Below, in pieces: positions 49,250-58,084 of a stretch of DNA of 64,000 nt. The position numbers and the translations under genes were made by a program. Source of the stretch: Acidobacteriota bacterium (GTDB lineage Bacteria; Acidobacteriota; UBA6911). Every line of letters starts with the position of its first letter. Position 1 is the stretch's first letter. The DNA lies in NCBI GenBank assembly GCA_963664705.1, contig OY761556.1:416001-480000 (forward strand), written 5' to 3'. The notes beneath the pieces were generated by a model. That model did no database searches. It was not told where the DNA came from and saw only the letters and a list, made by a program, of their open reading frames with translations.

Positions 49250-50869
49250 ATGAAGACGCCCGCAAGATACATCACAATTCTTCTCATAGCGGTGGCGATA
49301 TTTTTTGCCGGGTACATGGCCAACCGGCAATCGGATCCTTCTGCCGCTTCTGCTTACACAAAACAGGCAAGCTCCTATACCTGTCCCATGCATCCTCAGT
49401 ACAAATCCAGCCACTCCGGAGACTGCCCGATATGCGGCATGCGCCTTGAACTCGAACGGGCTGACGCCGGGGCTGCAACAAACTCAGAAACCTCTGGCAC
49501 GATCCCGGTCAATCGAGCATGGCAGCAAATGATCGGGGTTCAGACCGATGAGGTTCGTCAATCTGCCGGCGCTCAACATTTGCGCGTGCCCGGCCGAGTA
49601 ACGGTGGACGATCAGCGCCTGTACCGGATCCTCGCCGCAGCCGATGGTTGGATACTCAATCTCGGAGCCAATACTGTCGGTCGTTTCGTCAAACGGAATG
49701 AAGTGCTTGCCTCTTACTATACGCGCGATCTCCTGTCCTCCGAGCGGCTGTTTCTGTTGAGCACGGACGCGAACGACCCCTTGCACAAAGCGGATCCCAG
49801 CTATGCGACGATCCGGACATCGACGAGCGCCAATCCTCAATTTCCCGTAGATTCACTGCGCGGTCTCGGCATGAGTGATCTTCAGATCGAGGAAATTCAG
49901 CGCACCCGCAATCCCATGCCGCGCGTGGACATCTATTCACCAATTTCCGGTTATGTCATAGCTCGGAATGTTTCCCCGCAGCAGAGGTTCGACAAAGGCA
50001 CAGAGTTTTATCGGATTGCCGATATCAGCCACGTCTGGGTGATGACCGACATTCTCGAGAAAGACAGGGAATTCCTCAAACCCGGAGCCATGGCAACCGT
50101 TCGCTATCAGGGACGCGAATATCAGGCTCACATGAGCGATGCGTTGCCGCAGTTTGATCCACAGTCACGTATATTGAAGACACGCTTCGAACTCGACAAC
50201 CCGGGCATGATGCTTTTGCCCGATGTTTTCGTGGACGTTGAGCTTCACCTGGATCCGCCGGCAGCCATCACGGTGCCCGCCGATGCGGTTGTGGATTCCG
50301 GCCGGCATAAGATCGTTTATGTCGAGCGCGCAAGTTCAGAATTCGAGCCACGCGAGATAGAGACCGGGTGGCGCATGGGTGATCGCGTCCAAGTCACCAA
50401 AGGACTGGAGCCGGGCGAGCGCGTTGTCACATCCGGGAATTTCCTGATCGATTCCGAGGCACGCATGAAGCTTGTTTCCTACGCGCATTCCGATGATCAG
50501 GCTTCTCCTAAGAAGACGGTAAAGGATCCGGTATGCGGCATGGATATCGATCCGAACGGCCAGAACACTCTCAAGGCGGAATACAAGGGCCAGACATATC
50601 ATTTCTGCATGCAGGATTGCAAAACCAAGTTCCTGAACAACCCTGAAAAATACACCGGCAAGAAGCAACCGGATGCCCCCAAAATGGTAAAGGATCCGGT
50701 ATGCGGCATGGATGTGGATTCTCAATCTGCCAATACTCTCAAGACGGAGTACAAAGGGAAGACTTACCATTTCTGTAATGAGAGCTGCAAAAAAAGCTTT
50801 GAGGCAGATCCTGAAAAATACATTAACAAGGGAATGGCGCCCGGTCACAATCACATGAATCGGACTTAG
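49250..50869 (+). CDS. cusB: CusB-type RND periplasmic adaptor with a heavy-metal-binding domain and two C-terminal YHS domains
   Basis: YTCPMHP..GDCPICGM; membrane fusion protein core; KDPVCGM..YHFC twice; start ATG 49250. Confidence 0.85.
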   Translation: MKTPARYITILLIAVAIFFAGYMANRQSDPSAASAYTKQASSYTCPMHPQYKSSHSGDCPICGMRLELERADAGAATNSETSGTIPVNRAWQQMIGVQTDEVRQSAGAQHLRVPGRVTVDDQRLYRILAAADGWILNLGANTVGRFVKRNEVLASYYTRDLLSSERLFLLSTDANDPLHKADPSYATIRTSTSANPQFPVDSLRGLGMSDLQIEEIQRTRNPMPRVDIYSPISGYVIARNVSPQQRFDKGTEFYRIADISHVWVMTDILEKDREFLKPGAMATVRYQGREYQAHMSDALPQFDPQSRILKTRFELDNPGMMLLPDVFVDVELHLDPPAAITVPADAVVDSGRHKIVYVERASSEFEPREIETGWRMGDRVQVTKGLEPGERVVTSGNFLIDSEARMKLVSYAHSDDQASPKKTVKDPVCGMDIDPNGQNTLKAEYKGQTYHFCMQDCKTKFLNNPEKYTGKKQPDAPKMVKDPVCGMDVDSQSANTLKTEYKGKTYHFCNESCKKSFEADPEKYINKGMAPGHNHMNRT

Positions 50870-50871
50870 CC

Positions 50872-53800
50872 ATGATTGAGCGCATTATAGACTTTTGCGC
50901 GCGCAACCGTGTCATCGTACTCACGCTCGTCGCCGTAGCCGCCATCTACGGCTGGTGGTCGATGAACCATGTTGCGCTGGATGCCATCCCCGATCTCAGC
51001 GACACTCAGGTCATTGTATATTCCCGCTGGGATCGCAGTCCCGATATTGTTGAAGATCAAATTACCTATCCCATAGTCGCCGCAATGCTCGGCGCGCCCA
51101 AAGTAAAAGCGGTGCGCGGTTTCTCCGATTTCGGATATTCGTTTGTGTACGTCATTTTTGAAGACGGCACCGATATCTATTGGGCCCGGACACGGACGCT
51201 TGAATATCTCTCGGGAGTGCTGCAAACCCTGCCCCAGGGATCGAAAACGGAGCTTGGCCCGGATGCAACGGGTTTGGGATGGATCTATCAATATGTGCTA
51301 GAGGACAAATCCGGGAAACACAACCTAGCCGAATTGCGCTCGCTGCAGGATTGGTACCTGCGCTACCACCTCAGATCCGTTCCTGGCGTTGCCGAAGTCG
51401 CGCCCATCGGCGGATTTGGCAAGCAATACCAGGTGAATGTCGATCCGAACCGGCTGCAGGCCTACAACATCCCAATCAATAAAGTGGTGGATGCTGTTCG
51501 GGGAAGCAACAGCGAGACCGGCGGCCGCATGATTGAACTCGGCGGTGCCGAGTATATGGTTCGCGGGCGTGGCTATGCCAAATCGGTTTCCGACATAGAA
51601 TCCGTTGTAGTCGCGGCCAGTGAAAATGGAACGCCCATTCGTGTAAAGGATATTGGCCAGGTTTCCCTTGGTCCTGATATCCGCCGGGGAGTATCGGATC
51701 TGGATGGAACCGGCGAAGCGGTTTCAGGCATCATCGTGATGCGCCAGGGTGAGAATGCCCTGGATGTCATCGACCGGGTGAAGGACAAAATCCGCCAGAT
51801 CGAACCCGGGTTGCCGGAAGGCGTCAAGATTGTCCCTGTATACGACCGCTCGCAACTGATTCACAATTCCATCGATACTCTGAAGTCCACCGTTATCGAA
51901 GTGATTATCACGGTATCGCTCGTGGTACTTCTCTTCCTCTGGCATATACCGAGCGCCGCCATCCCAGTGATCACGATACCGATAGCGGTGCTCATTGCCT
52001 TCATTCCGTTTCGCGGAATGGGCATTACGGCGAACATCATGTCGCTGGGTGGCATTGCCATCGCAATCGGAGCTATGGTGGATGCCGCTATTGTCGTCGT
52101 TGAGCAAGCCCATAAAAAACTGGAGATATGGGAAAGCTCGGGCCGTCGGGAAGACTATAAAGAAGTCATCATTACGGCAGTCAAAGAAGTCGGCGGCACG
52201 AGTTTTTTTGCATTGCTGGTGATTGCCGTCTCCTTCATTCCCGTGTTTGCCCTGGAGGCGCAGGAGGGCCGGCTTTTCAAGCCGCTTGCCTATACCAAGA
52301 CCTTGGGGATGATCGTTGCTGCCATCCTGGCCATTACGCTGGATCCTGCCCTTCGGCTGACTTTTACGCACCTGCGGAATTTCAGCTTCCGGCCACGCTG
52401 GATTTCAAAAGCGGCGAATACCCTATTGGTCGGCCGTATCCATTCTGAAGACAATCACCCGGTCAGCAAAGTTTTGATCCGGCTCTATGAGCCTGCCTGT
52501 CGCTGGTCCCTGCGTCACAAGTGGGCGGTGATTCTATGTGCTGCGCTCCTGCTGGCGATAACGGTGCCGGTCTTTATGTCGCTTGGATCGGAGTTTATGC
52601 CGCCGCTGTATGAAGAGGCGCTTTTCTATATGCCGTCGACTATGCCGGGCATTTCTATCGGCGAGGCGCAGCGCGCCCTTCAGGTCACGGATAGATTGAT
52701 CAAGTCGTTCCCGGAGGTGGATAAAGTTCTTGGGAAGGCAGGCAGAGCGGAAACATCCACTGATCCGGCGCCCCTATCCATGTTTGAGACGGTTATTATG
52801 CTGAAGCCGCGATCAGAGTGGCGCAAGGTGCCCACATGGTATTCCTCCTGGGCGCCGGAATTTGTCAAGCCGGTATTCCGCCATTTCACTCCGGACACGA
52901 TGTCCCCGGAGCAGCTGGTCGACAAACTGAATGCAGTGGTGAAGCTGCCTGGCATTTCAAATGCATGGACAATGCCGATCAAGGCGCGCATCGATATGCT
53001 GAGCACCGGGATGCGCACTCCTGTGGGGTTGAAAATTCATGGTGATGACCTCGAGAAGATCCAGGAAATCGGGGCGCGCGTTGAATCTGTGCTGCCCTCC
53101 GTGAAGGGAACCCGGAGTGTTTTCTCGGAGCGGACCTCGGAAGGATATTTCCTGGACTTTGACTGGAACCGAGATGCGCTGGCCCGCTATGGGCTCACCA
53201 TCGATGATGCGCAGGCGGCGGTCCAAAATGCCATCGGTGGCGAGAATGTTACAACCACGGTGGAAGGAAGAGCCCGCTATCCCGTCAATGTGCGCTATAT
53301 GCGCGATTTCCGGTCTGATCTGGACGCGCTTGGGCGCGTGCTGGTTCCGGCCGGCGGCAGCAGACAGATACCGCTGTCAGAACTTGCCGCCATCAAGCCC
53401 ACCACGGGGCCCGGCATGATCCGTGATGAAGATGGGCTGTTGACCGGATATGTGTATGTGGACCTGGCCGGGCGAGATCCCGGCAGTTATGTGCGCGAAG
53501 CGAATGAAGTCGTTCGCGCAAAGATTGCGTTGCCGCCCGGATTTGCCATCACCTGGAGCGGGCAGTATGAGGCAATGGAACGGGTGAATAACCGGCTGAT
53601 GATAGTTTTGCCCATCACTGCCTTCCTGATTCTGTCGTTCCTGTATATCAACACGCGATCGGTTATCAAAACTATGATCGTCGTCCTCGCGGTTCCTTTT
53701 TCGGCGATCGGCGCAGTCTGGTTCCTGTATCTGCTCGGCTATAACATGAGCATAGGTGTCTGGGTCGGACTTATTGCGCTGCTCGGGGTGGATGCGGAGA

Positions 53801-54150
53801 CTGGAGTTTTCATGCTCCTATACCTGGATCTCTCCTATGAGGAGGCCAAAAAGGCAGGTCGTCTGCGAACGCTCTCCGATTTGCAGGAATCCATTGTTCA
53901 CGGAGCGGTGAAGCGCATTCGGCCCAAATTCATGACCGTGGCGACCGATTTTATCGGTCTTGTACCGATCCTGTGGGCAACCGGGACGGGTTCGGACGTC
54001 ATGAAACGTATCGGAGCGCCGCTCATCGGAGGAGTGTTTACCTCGTTTGTTCTGGAGTTGTTGGTCTACCCCGCCATTTACGAGGTCTGGAAATGGCATT
54101 TTGAATTGAAAAAGCGGCGAGTCGAAGAGCCTGTTCTACAGGAAGCTTAA
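50872..54150 (+). CDS. cusA: CusA/SilA-family heavy-metal RND transporter
   Basis: DAIPDLSDTQV, LGPDATGLGW and AIGAMVDAA; Cu(I) Met triad (FYMP, SMFET, WTMP); RIRPKFMT. Confidence 0.93.
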   Translation: MIERIIDFCARNRVIVLTLVAVAAIYGWWSMNHVALDAIPDLSDTQVIVYSRWDRSPDIVEDQITYPIVAAMLGAPKVKAVRGFSDFGYSFVYVIFEDGTDIYWARTRTLEYLSGVLQTLPQGSKTELGPDATGLGWIYQYVLEDKSGKHNLAELRSLQDWYLRYHLRSVPGVAEVAPIGGFGKQYQVNVDPNRLQAYNIPINKVVDAVRGSNSETGGRMIELGGAEYMVRGRGYAKSVSDIESVVVAASENGTPIRVKDIGQVSLGPDIRRGVSDLDGTGEAVSGIIVMRQGENALDVIDRVKDKIRQIEPGLPEGVKIVPVYDRSQLIHNSIDTLKSTVIEVIITVSLVVLLFLWHIPSAAIPVITIPIAVLIAFIPFRGMGITANIMSLGGIAIAIGAMVDAAIVVVEQAHKKLEIWESSGRREDYKEVIITAVKEVGGTSFFALLVIAVSFIPVFALEAQEGRLFKPLAYTKTLGMIVAAILAITLDPALRLTFTHLRNFSFRPRWISKAANTLLVGRIHSEDNHPVSKVLIRLYEPACRWSLRHKWAVILCAALLLAITVPVFMSLGSEFMPPLYEEALFYMPSTMPGISIGEAQRALQVTDRLIKSFPEVDKVLGKAGRAETSTDPAPLSMFETVIMLKPRSEWRKVPTWYSSWAPEFVKPVFRHFTPDTMSPEQLVDKLNAVVKLPGISNAWTMPIKARIDMLSTGMRTPVGLKIHGDDLEKIQEIGARVESVLPSVKGTRSVFSERTSEGYFLDFDWNRDALARYGLTIDDAQAAVQNAIGGENVTTTVEGRARYPVNVRYMRDFRSDLDALGRVLVPAGGSRQIPLSELAAIKPTTGPGMIRDEDGLLTGYVYVDLAGRDPGSYVREANEVVRAKIALPPGFAITWSGQYEAMERVNNRLMIVLPITAFLILSFLYINTRSVIKTMIVVLAVPFSAIGAVWFLYLLGYNMSIGVWVGLIALLGVDAETGVFMLLYLDLSYEEAKKAGRLRTLSDLQESIVHGAVKRIRPKFMTVATDFIGLVPILWATGTGSDVMKRIGAPLIGGVFTSFVLELLVYPAIYEVWKWHFELKKRRVEEPVLQEA

Positions 54151-54155
54151 TCAAT

Positions 54156-54211
54156 AGTGTGCGGCAGCTTGCTGCCGCTTTATTAAGCGATGGCAAGCCG
54201 CGCACTCCAAA
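54156..54211. repeat. REP-like palindrome
   Basis: GTGCGGCAGCTTGCTGCCGCTTT...AAGCGATGGCAAGCCGCGCACTCCAAA. Confidence 0.6.
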
Positions 54212-54226
54212 GCAAAGGGAATTGAT

Positions 54227-54913
54227 ATGAAGATCAAGTTGTCCATCATTGCACTCATGTTTGTTGCAAGCTATGTATGTGCCCAGGAACCTGAACTGAA
54301 ATCTGAAAAGGACAAGATCAATTACGGTATCGGCGTTGGAGTTGCACGCAATTTTCAGCGCCAGGGAATCAATGTGGATCTCGACCTTGTAATCAAGGGC
54401 ATGAAGGATGTCCTGGCGGGAGCCAAACTGGCCATGACGGAAGAAGACCTGGATAAGACGATGACGGCGTTCCAGACGGAAGCCCAGAGGCGATTCCAGG
54501 AAAAAGCCAAAGCCATTGCCGAGAAAAACAAAAAGGAAGGAGAAACCTTCCTGGCCGAGAATGCAAAGAAAGAGGGTGTGGTCGCTCTTCCGAGTGGACT
54601 TCAATACAAAATCCTCAAGCAGGGAGAGGGGAAAAAGCCGGTCAGCCAGGATTCGGTAGAGTGCCACTATCGCGGTACCCTTATTGACGGTACCGAATTC
54701 GATAGTTCCTATAAAAGAGGGACTCCCCTGGTTGTAAAAGTTGACGGTGGCATTATCCAGGGATGGAGCGAAGCTCTCAAACTAATGCCGCTGGGCTCCA
54801 AATGGCAGCTTTTCATTCCATCCAAACTGGCTTATGGAGAACGGGGCGCGGGCAACCAGATCGAGCCCAACGCTACATTGATTTTTGAAGTGGAACCGCT
54901 GGCTATCAAGTAA
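54227..54913 (+). CDS. FKBP-type peptidyl-prolyl isomerase (Mip/FklB-like), exported
   Basis: Signal peptide; FKBP_N domain; LPSGLQY, HYRGTLIDGTEFDSS and LAYGERG motifs. Confidence 0.95.
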   Translation: MKIKLSIIALMFVASYVCAQEPELKSEKDKINYGIGVGVARNFQRQGINVDLDLVIKGMKDVLAGAKLAMTEEDLDKTMTAFQTEAQRRFQEKAKAIAEKNKKEGETFLAENAKKEGVVALPSGLQYKILKQGEGKKPVSQDSVECHYRGTLIDGTEFDSSYKRGTPLVVKVDGGIIQGWSEALKLMPLGSKWQLFIPSKLAYGERGAGNQIEPNATLIFEVEPLAIK

Positions 54914-55074
54914 TGCGGTTAGTCTCAACCTTTCCGGGCTGAGTTGGAGACAGGGAATTGAGAATTGGAGAGAGGGAGAATACAGAGAGCGGTCGGCCTG
55001 GGATTCGGCGGGCGTCAATCCCTGCCGGTGCCGCCTTTGTATCGCTCCTCTCGCCCAAGCGCCGGTCAAGGCCA

Positions 55075-55515
55075 ATGCTGGCGCAATCCGGGAGTCGGCG
55101 GTGGAAGCCGCCGGCTCCTTTTCTTACAATCCTGTTTACATTCATTCTCTTTGTGCAGGCAAGCGCACTTCCCACGCACATTGGCCTTCTTCTGATTCCT
55201 CCCAATACTGCCGCCATGACGCATGGTTGCGAAAAGGGGACCTGTTGCACGCCGCTTTGTTTTCTCGATAAGCATGGTGTTCATCATTGTGTTCATCTGA
55301 CCGGAGACTCCTGTGAGTGCGGCGTGTCCGCAAGCGATGAATGCACGGTCAATCCGGTTTTTCTGTCGGCAATTATTGCTTTTGTTCATACCGAAGCTCT
55401 CCTCCCGGATTTGATTCCAGCGCGGTGGAATCAAACCATTTCCATACTTTTTATTGGGCGTGAACCTGCAATCCCTACGCCCCCTCCTAAGCGACTGGCC
55501 GCGCAAAATTCCTGA
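55075..55515 (+). CDS. Cys/His-rich exported leader peptide with a C-terminal polyproline motif (CutF/CruR/DUF2946-like putative arrest peptide)
   Basis: Signal-like RRWK-FLTILFTFILFV-QASA; CEKGTCCTPLC, HGVHHCVH and CEC; C-terminal EPAIPTPPPKRLA; directly upstream of a Cu TBDT; start codon uncertain. Confidence 0.65.
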   Translation: MLAQSGSRRWKPPAPFLTILFTFILFVQASALPTHIGLLLIPPNTAAMTHGCEKGTCCTPLCFLDKHGVHHCVHLTGDSCECGVSASDECTVNPVFLSAIIAFVHTEALLPDLIPARWNQTISILFIGREPAIPTPPPKRLAAQNS

Positions 55516-55556
55516 CAGTCCAAAGTACCTCAAGACTTTGCAGATCCATTAGGAGG
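55483..55556 (+). promoter_or_regulatory. Anti-SD/SD pairing that could sequester the TBDT ribosome-binding site
   Basis: CCTCCTAA (55483-55490, PPK codons) is the exact reverse complement of TTAGGAGG (55549-55556); inner hairpin CAAAGT/ACTTTG at 55521-55540. Confidence 0.6.
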
Positions 55557-55560
55557 AGCA

Positions 55561-57858
55561 ATGATCAGGCGATCTCTATTTATTGGGTGTGTTTTATTAT
55601 TTGCAGTTATCTCGGCCGCACTAGCCGCAGAGCCTCCCCGAAGTTCATTGATGGGAGTGATCCAGGGGCCGGATGGCGCAAGGCTTCCCGGTGCGTTAAT
55701 AACTATACGGATGCCCGGAGCGCAACAGTCAATGCAGGTGGTCAGCAGTTCCACCGGCGCCTATGTTGTACCGGAGTTGCCGGCGGGCGAGTATGAGCTC
55801 AATGCCGAGTTGGTAGGTTTTGAACCTTATACTATCCCGGCTCTTCAGATCAATCCTGGAGCCGGCAAAGTGGTCGATTTGAGCCTAAAACTGGCGACTG
55901 TTCGTGAGATTGTGACCGTAGTTGGAGCGCTCCCAAAGGACAGCATCGAGGGTGCGGATACGAGGGAGAGCTCTGCTCGGGATGTTGGCGAAGTGATGGC
56001 GCATGCTCCGGGCGTATGGAAGCTCCGCAAAGGAGGCATTGCCAATGATTTTGTTCTCAGAGGATTTGCGAGCAAGGATTTGAATGTGCTCATCGACGGT
56101 CAGCGGATCTATGGGGCTTGTCCCAACCACATGGACCCTGCAGCATTTCACGTGGATTTTTCCGAAGTAGACCGAATTGAGATTGGGAAGGGCCCCTTTG
56201 ACGTCAAGAACCAGGGGAGCCTGGGCGGCGTCGTCAACATCGTAACCCGCAAGGCTGAGCGCGGGATGCATGTTTCCGGCAATTTGTCTGCCGGGTCCTT
56301 TGGCTTCGTAAATCCCTCGGCGTCCGTTTCGTATGGACGTGAGCAGTTTTCCTTTCTCGGAGGTTATTCCTACCGGTTGTCTTCACCTTACTCTGATGGT
56401 TCCGGCCGGAGATTCACCGAGGCAGTCAATTACAGATCTGATTCTATCGACAGCGATGCCTTTAAGGTTGGAACAATCTGGACCAGCGCATCTTTTCAGC
56501 CATTTCAGGGCCACCTGATGCAGTTCTCGTACACGCGGCAGCAGGCAGATCATGTGCTCTATCCTTATCTCCAAATGGATGCGGTGTACGATGACACCGA
56601 CAGGATCAACGCGGGGTACCAGGTGAATAATCTGTCTGCGTTGGTTCGCTCGCTTCGATTCCAGGCGTACTACACACGCGTGAATCACTGGATGACGGAT
56701 CAGTACAGGATTTCATCGCTGAATCTCCTGCGTGAGTACTCCATGGGAACATTGGCCGGGACAGAAGCGCTGGGTGGAAAATTCGAAATGTCCGGTCGGG
56801 ATGTGACCATTGGCATCGAAGCCTATCATCGGCAATGGGACGGCACGACCCAAATGTCCGGCAGTTCCTATGCGCCGCAATACTCGATTCCCGATGTCCG
56901 AACTGACAGTTTCGGCCTTTACTCTGAATACACCCGTTCTCTGACCGAAAAGCTCAAATTGAGCCTGGGCGGTCGGCTCGACACTCTGACCACAGCAGCC
57001 GAGGATGCAAAAGCCAATACGAACCTGTTTTATGCCTACAATTCCACGCGTCTGACATCGAAGACAAACAACTTTGCATCGGGCAATGCAAGGCTGAGCT
57101 ATCGATCCGGCATTGGATTGGAGGTCAGTGGTGGAGTCGGTCATACCGTCAGAGTCCCGGATGCCCGCGAACGCTACTTCGCGCTGAAGCGCATGGGGAC
57201 GGATTGGGTCGGCAACCCGAATCTGGAACCCAGCCATAATACGGGTTTCGATGGGGGAGTTTCCTTCCGGCACCGGGGGGTGATGATTGAATCCAGCCTC
57301 TACCTGGACTACGTTCGCGACTATATTTCGGTTATACCTCAGACGCGGGTCAATATGGTTTCGGGCGTAATGAATACAAAAGCACGCTCGTATCAGAACG
57401 TAAACGCGCGGTTGTATGGAGGAGAGTTTCTCATTTCCTACCTGTTGACTCGCCGTTTGTTTGTATCCAGCGATTTCTCCTATGTGCGTGGTACAAGGAA
57501 TATCGCATCCGAACTGGGAGTTGTCACGCCCGACCTTTCCGAGATCCCGCCCATGCGCTCGCGTGCAAGCATGCGCTATGACGCCGGCAAATTTTTCGGC
57601 GAAGCGGAATGCCTGTTCGAAGGCGCACAAACACACGTAGACACTCTGCTTGGCGAACAAACCACGGCGGGCTATGGCATCGCCAATCTCCGAGGTGGTG
57701 TAAATATTAGAAAGCTTTCCATCAAGCTGAGTTTAAATAACATTTTGGGCCGTCAGTATTATGAGCATCTTTCGTATCAGCGAGATCCCTTCAGGTCCGG
57801 AGCGCGAGTCTTTGAGCCCGGCCGGAATTTCCTGGTCAACATTGCTTATCGCTATTGA
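55561..57858 (+). CDS. TonB-dependent copper transporter, OprC/NosA-like
   Basis: CxxxM plug motif GACPNHMDP (56119-56133) plus HxM (NHWM, 56686-56694); GNPNLEP; C-terminal EPGRN..YRY. Confidence 0.85.
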   Translation: MIRRSLFIGCVLLFAVISAALAAEPPRSSLMGVIQGPDGARLPGALITIRMPGAQQSMQVVSSSTGAYVVPELPAGEYELNAELVGFEPYTIPALQINPGAGKVVDLSLKLATVREIVTVVGALPKDSIEGADTRESSARDVGEVMAHAPGVWKLRKGGIANDFVLRGFASKDLNVLIDGQRIYGACPNHMDPAAFHVDFSEVDRIEIGKGPFDVKNQGSLGGVVNIVTRKAERGMHVSGNLSAGSFGFVNPSASVSYGREQFSFLGGYSYRLSSPYSDGSGRRFTEAVNYRSDSIDSDAFKVGTIWTSASFQPFQGHLMQFSYTRQQADHVLYPYLQMDAVYDDTDRINAGYQVNNLSALVRSLRFQAYYTRVNHWMTDQYRISSLNLLREYSMGTLAGTEALGGKFEMSGRDVTIGIEAYHRQWDGTTQMSGSSYAPQYSIPDVRTDSFGLYSEYTRSLTEKLKLSLGGRLDTLTTAAEDAKANTNLFYAYNSTRLTSKTNNFASGNARLSYRSGIGLEVSGGVGHTVRVPDARERYFALKRMGTDWVGNPNLEPSHNTGFDGGVSFRHRGVMIESSLYLDYVRDYISVIPQTRVNMVSGVMNTKARSYQNVNARLYGGEFLISYLLTRRLFVSSDFSYVRGTRNIASELGVVTPDLSEIPPMRSRASMRYDAGKFFGEAECLFEGAQTHVDTLLGEQTTAGYGIANLRGGVNIRKLSIKLSLNNILGRQYYEHLSYQRDPFRSGARVFEPGRNFLVNIAYRY

Positions 57859-57887
57859 AGTAAAAGCCACTGAAAACGCCACCGTCC

Positions 57888-57922
57888 AAGCGGCATGCCG
57901 CATGATTTAGGCATGCCGCCTT
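57888..57922 (+). terminator. Terminator-like hairpin after the Cu TBDT
   Basis: GCGGCATGCC-N10-GGCATGCCGC; no clear U-tract. Confidence 0.5.
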
Positions 57923-58084
57923 GGCCGACGCTCCAAAATTTTCTCTTCCCGGAAACAACCGATTTCCAGATCCCTCACTCCTGTTGGCTGCCAAAAAGAT
58001 CCTTTCTGAGTATACGATTCTCCGCCAATTACGTTCTTGGTTATAGGTGTTCATATTTCTATGCCATGACCAGGAGGGTTTCTT

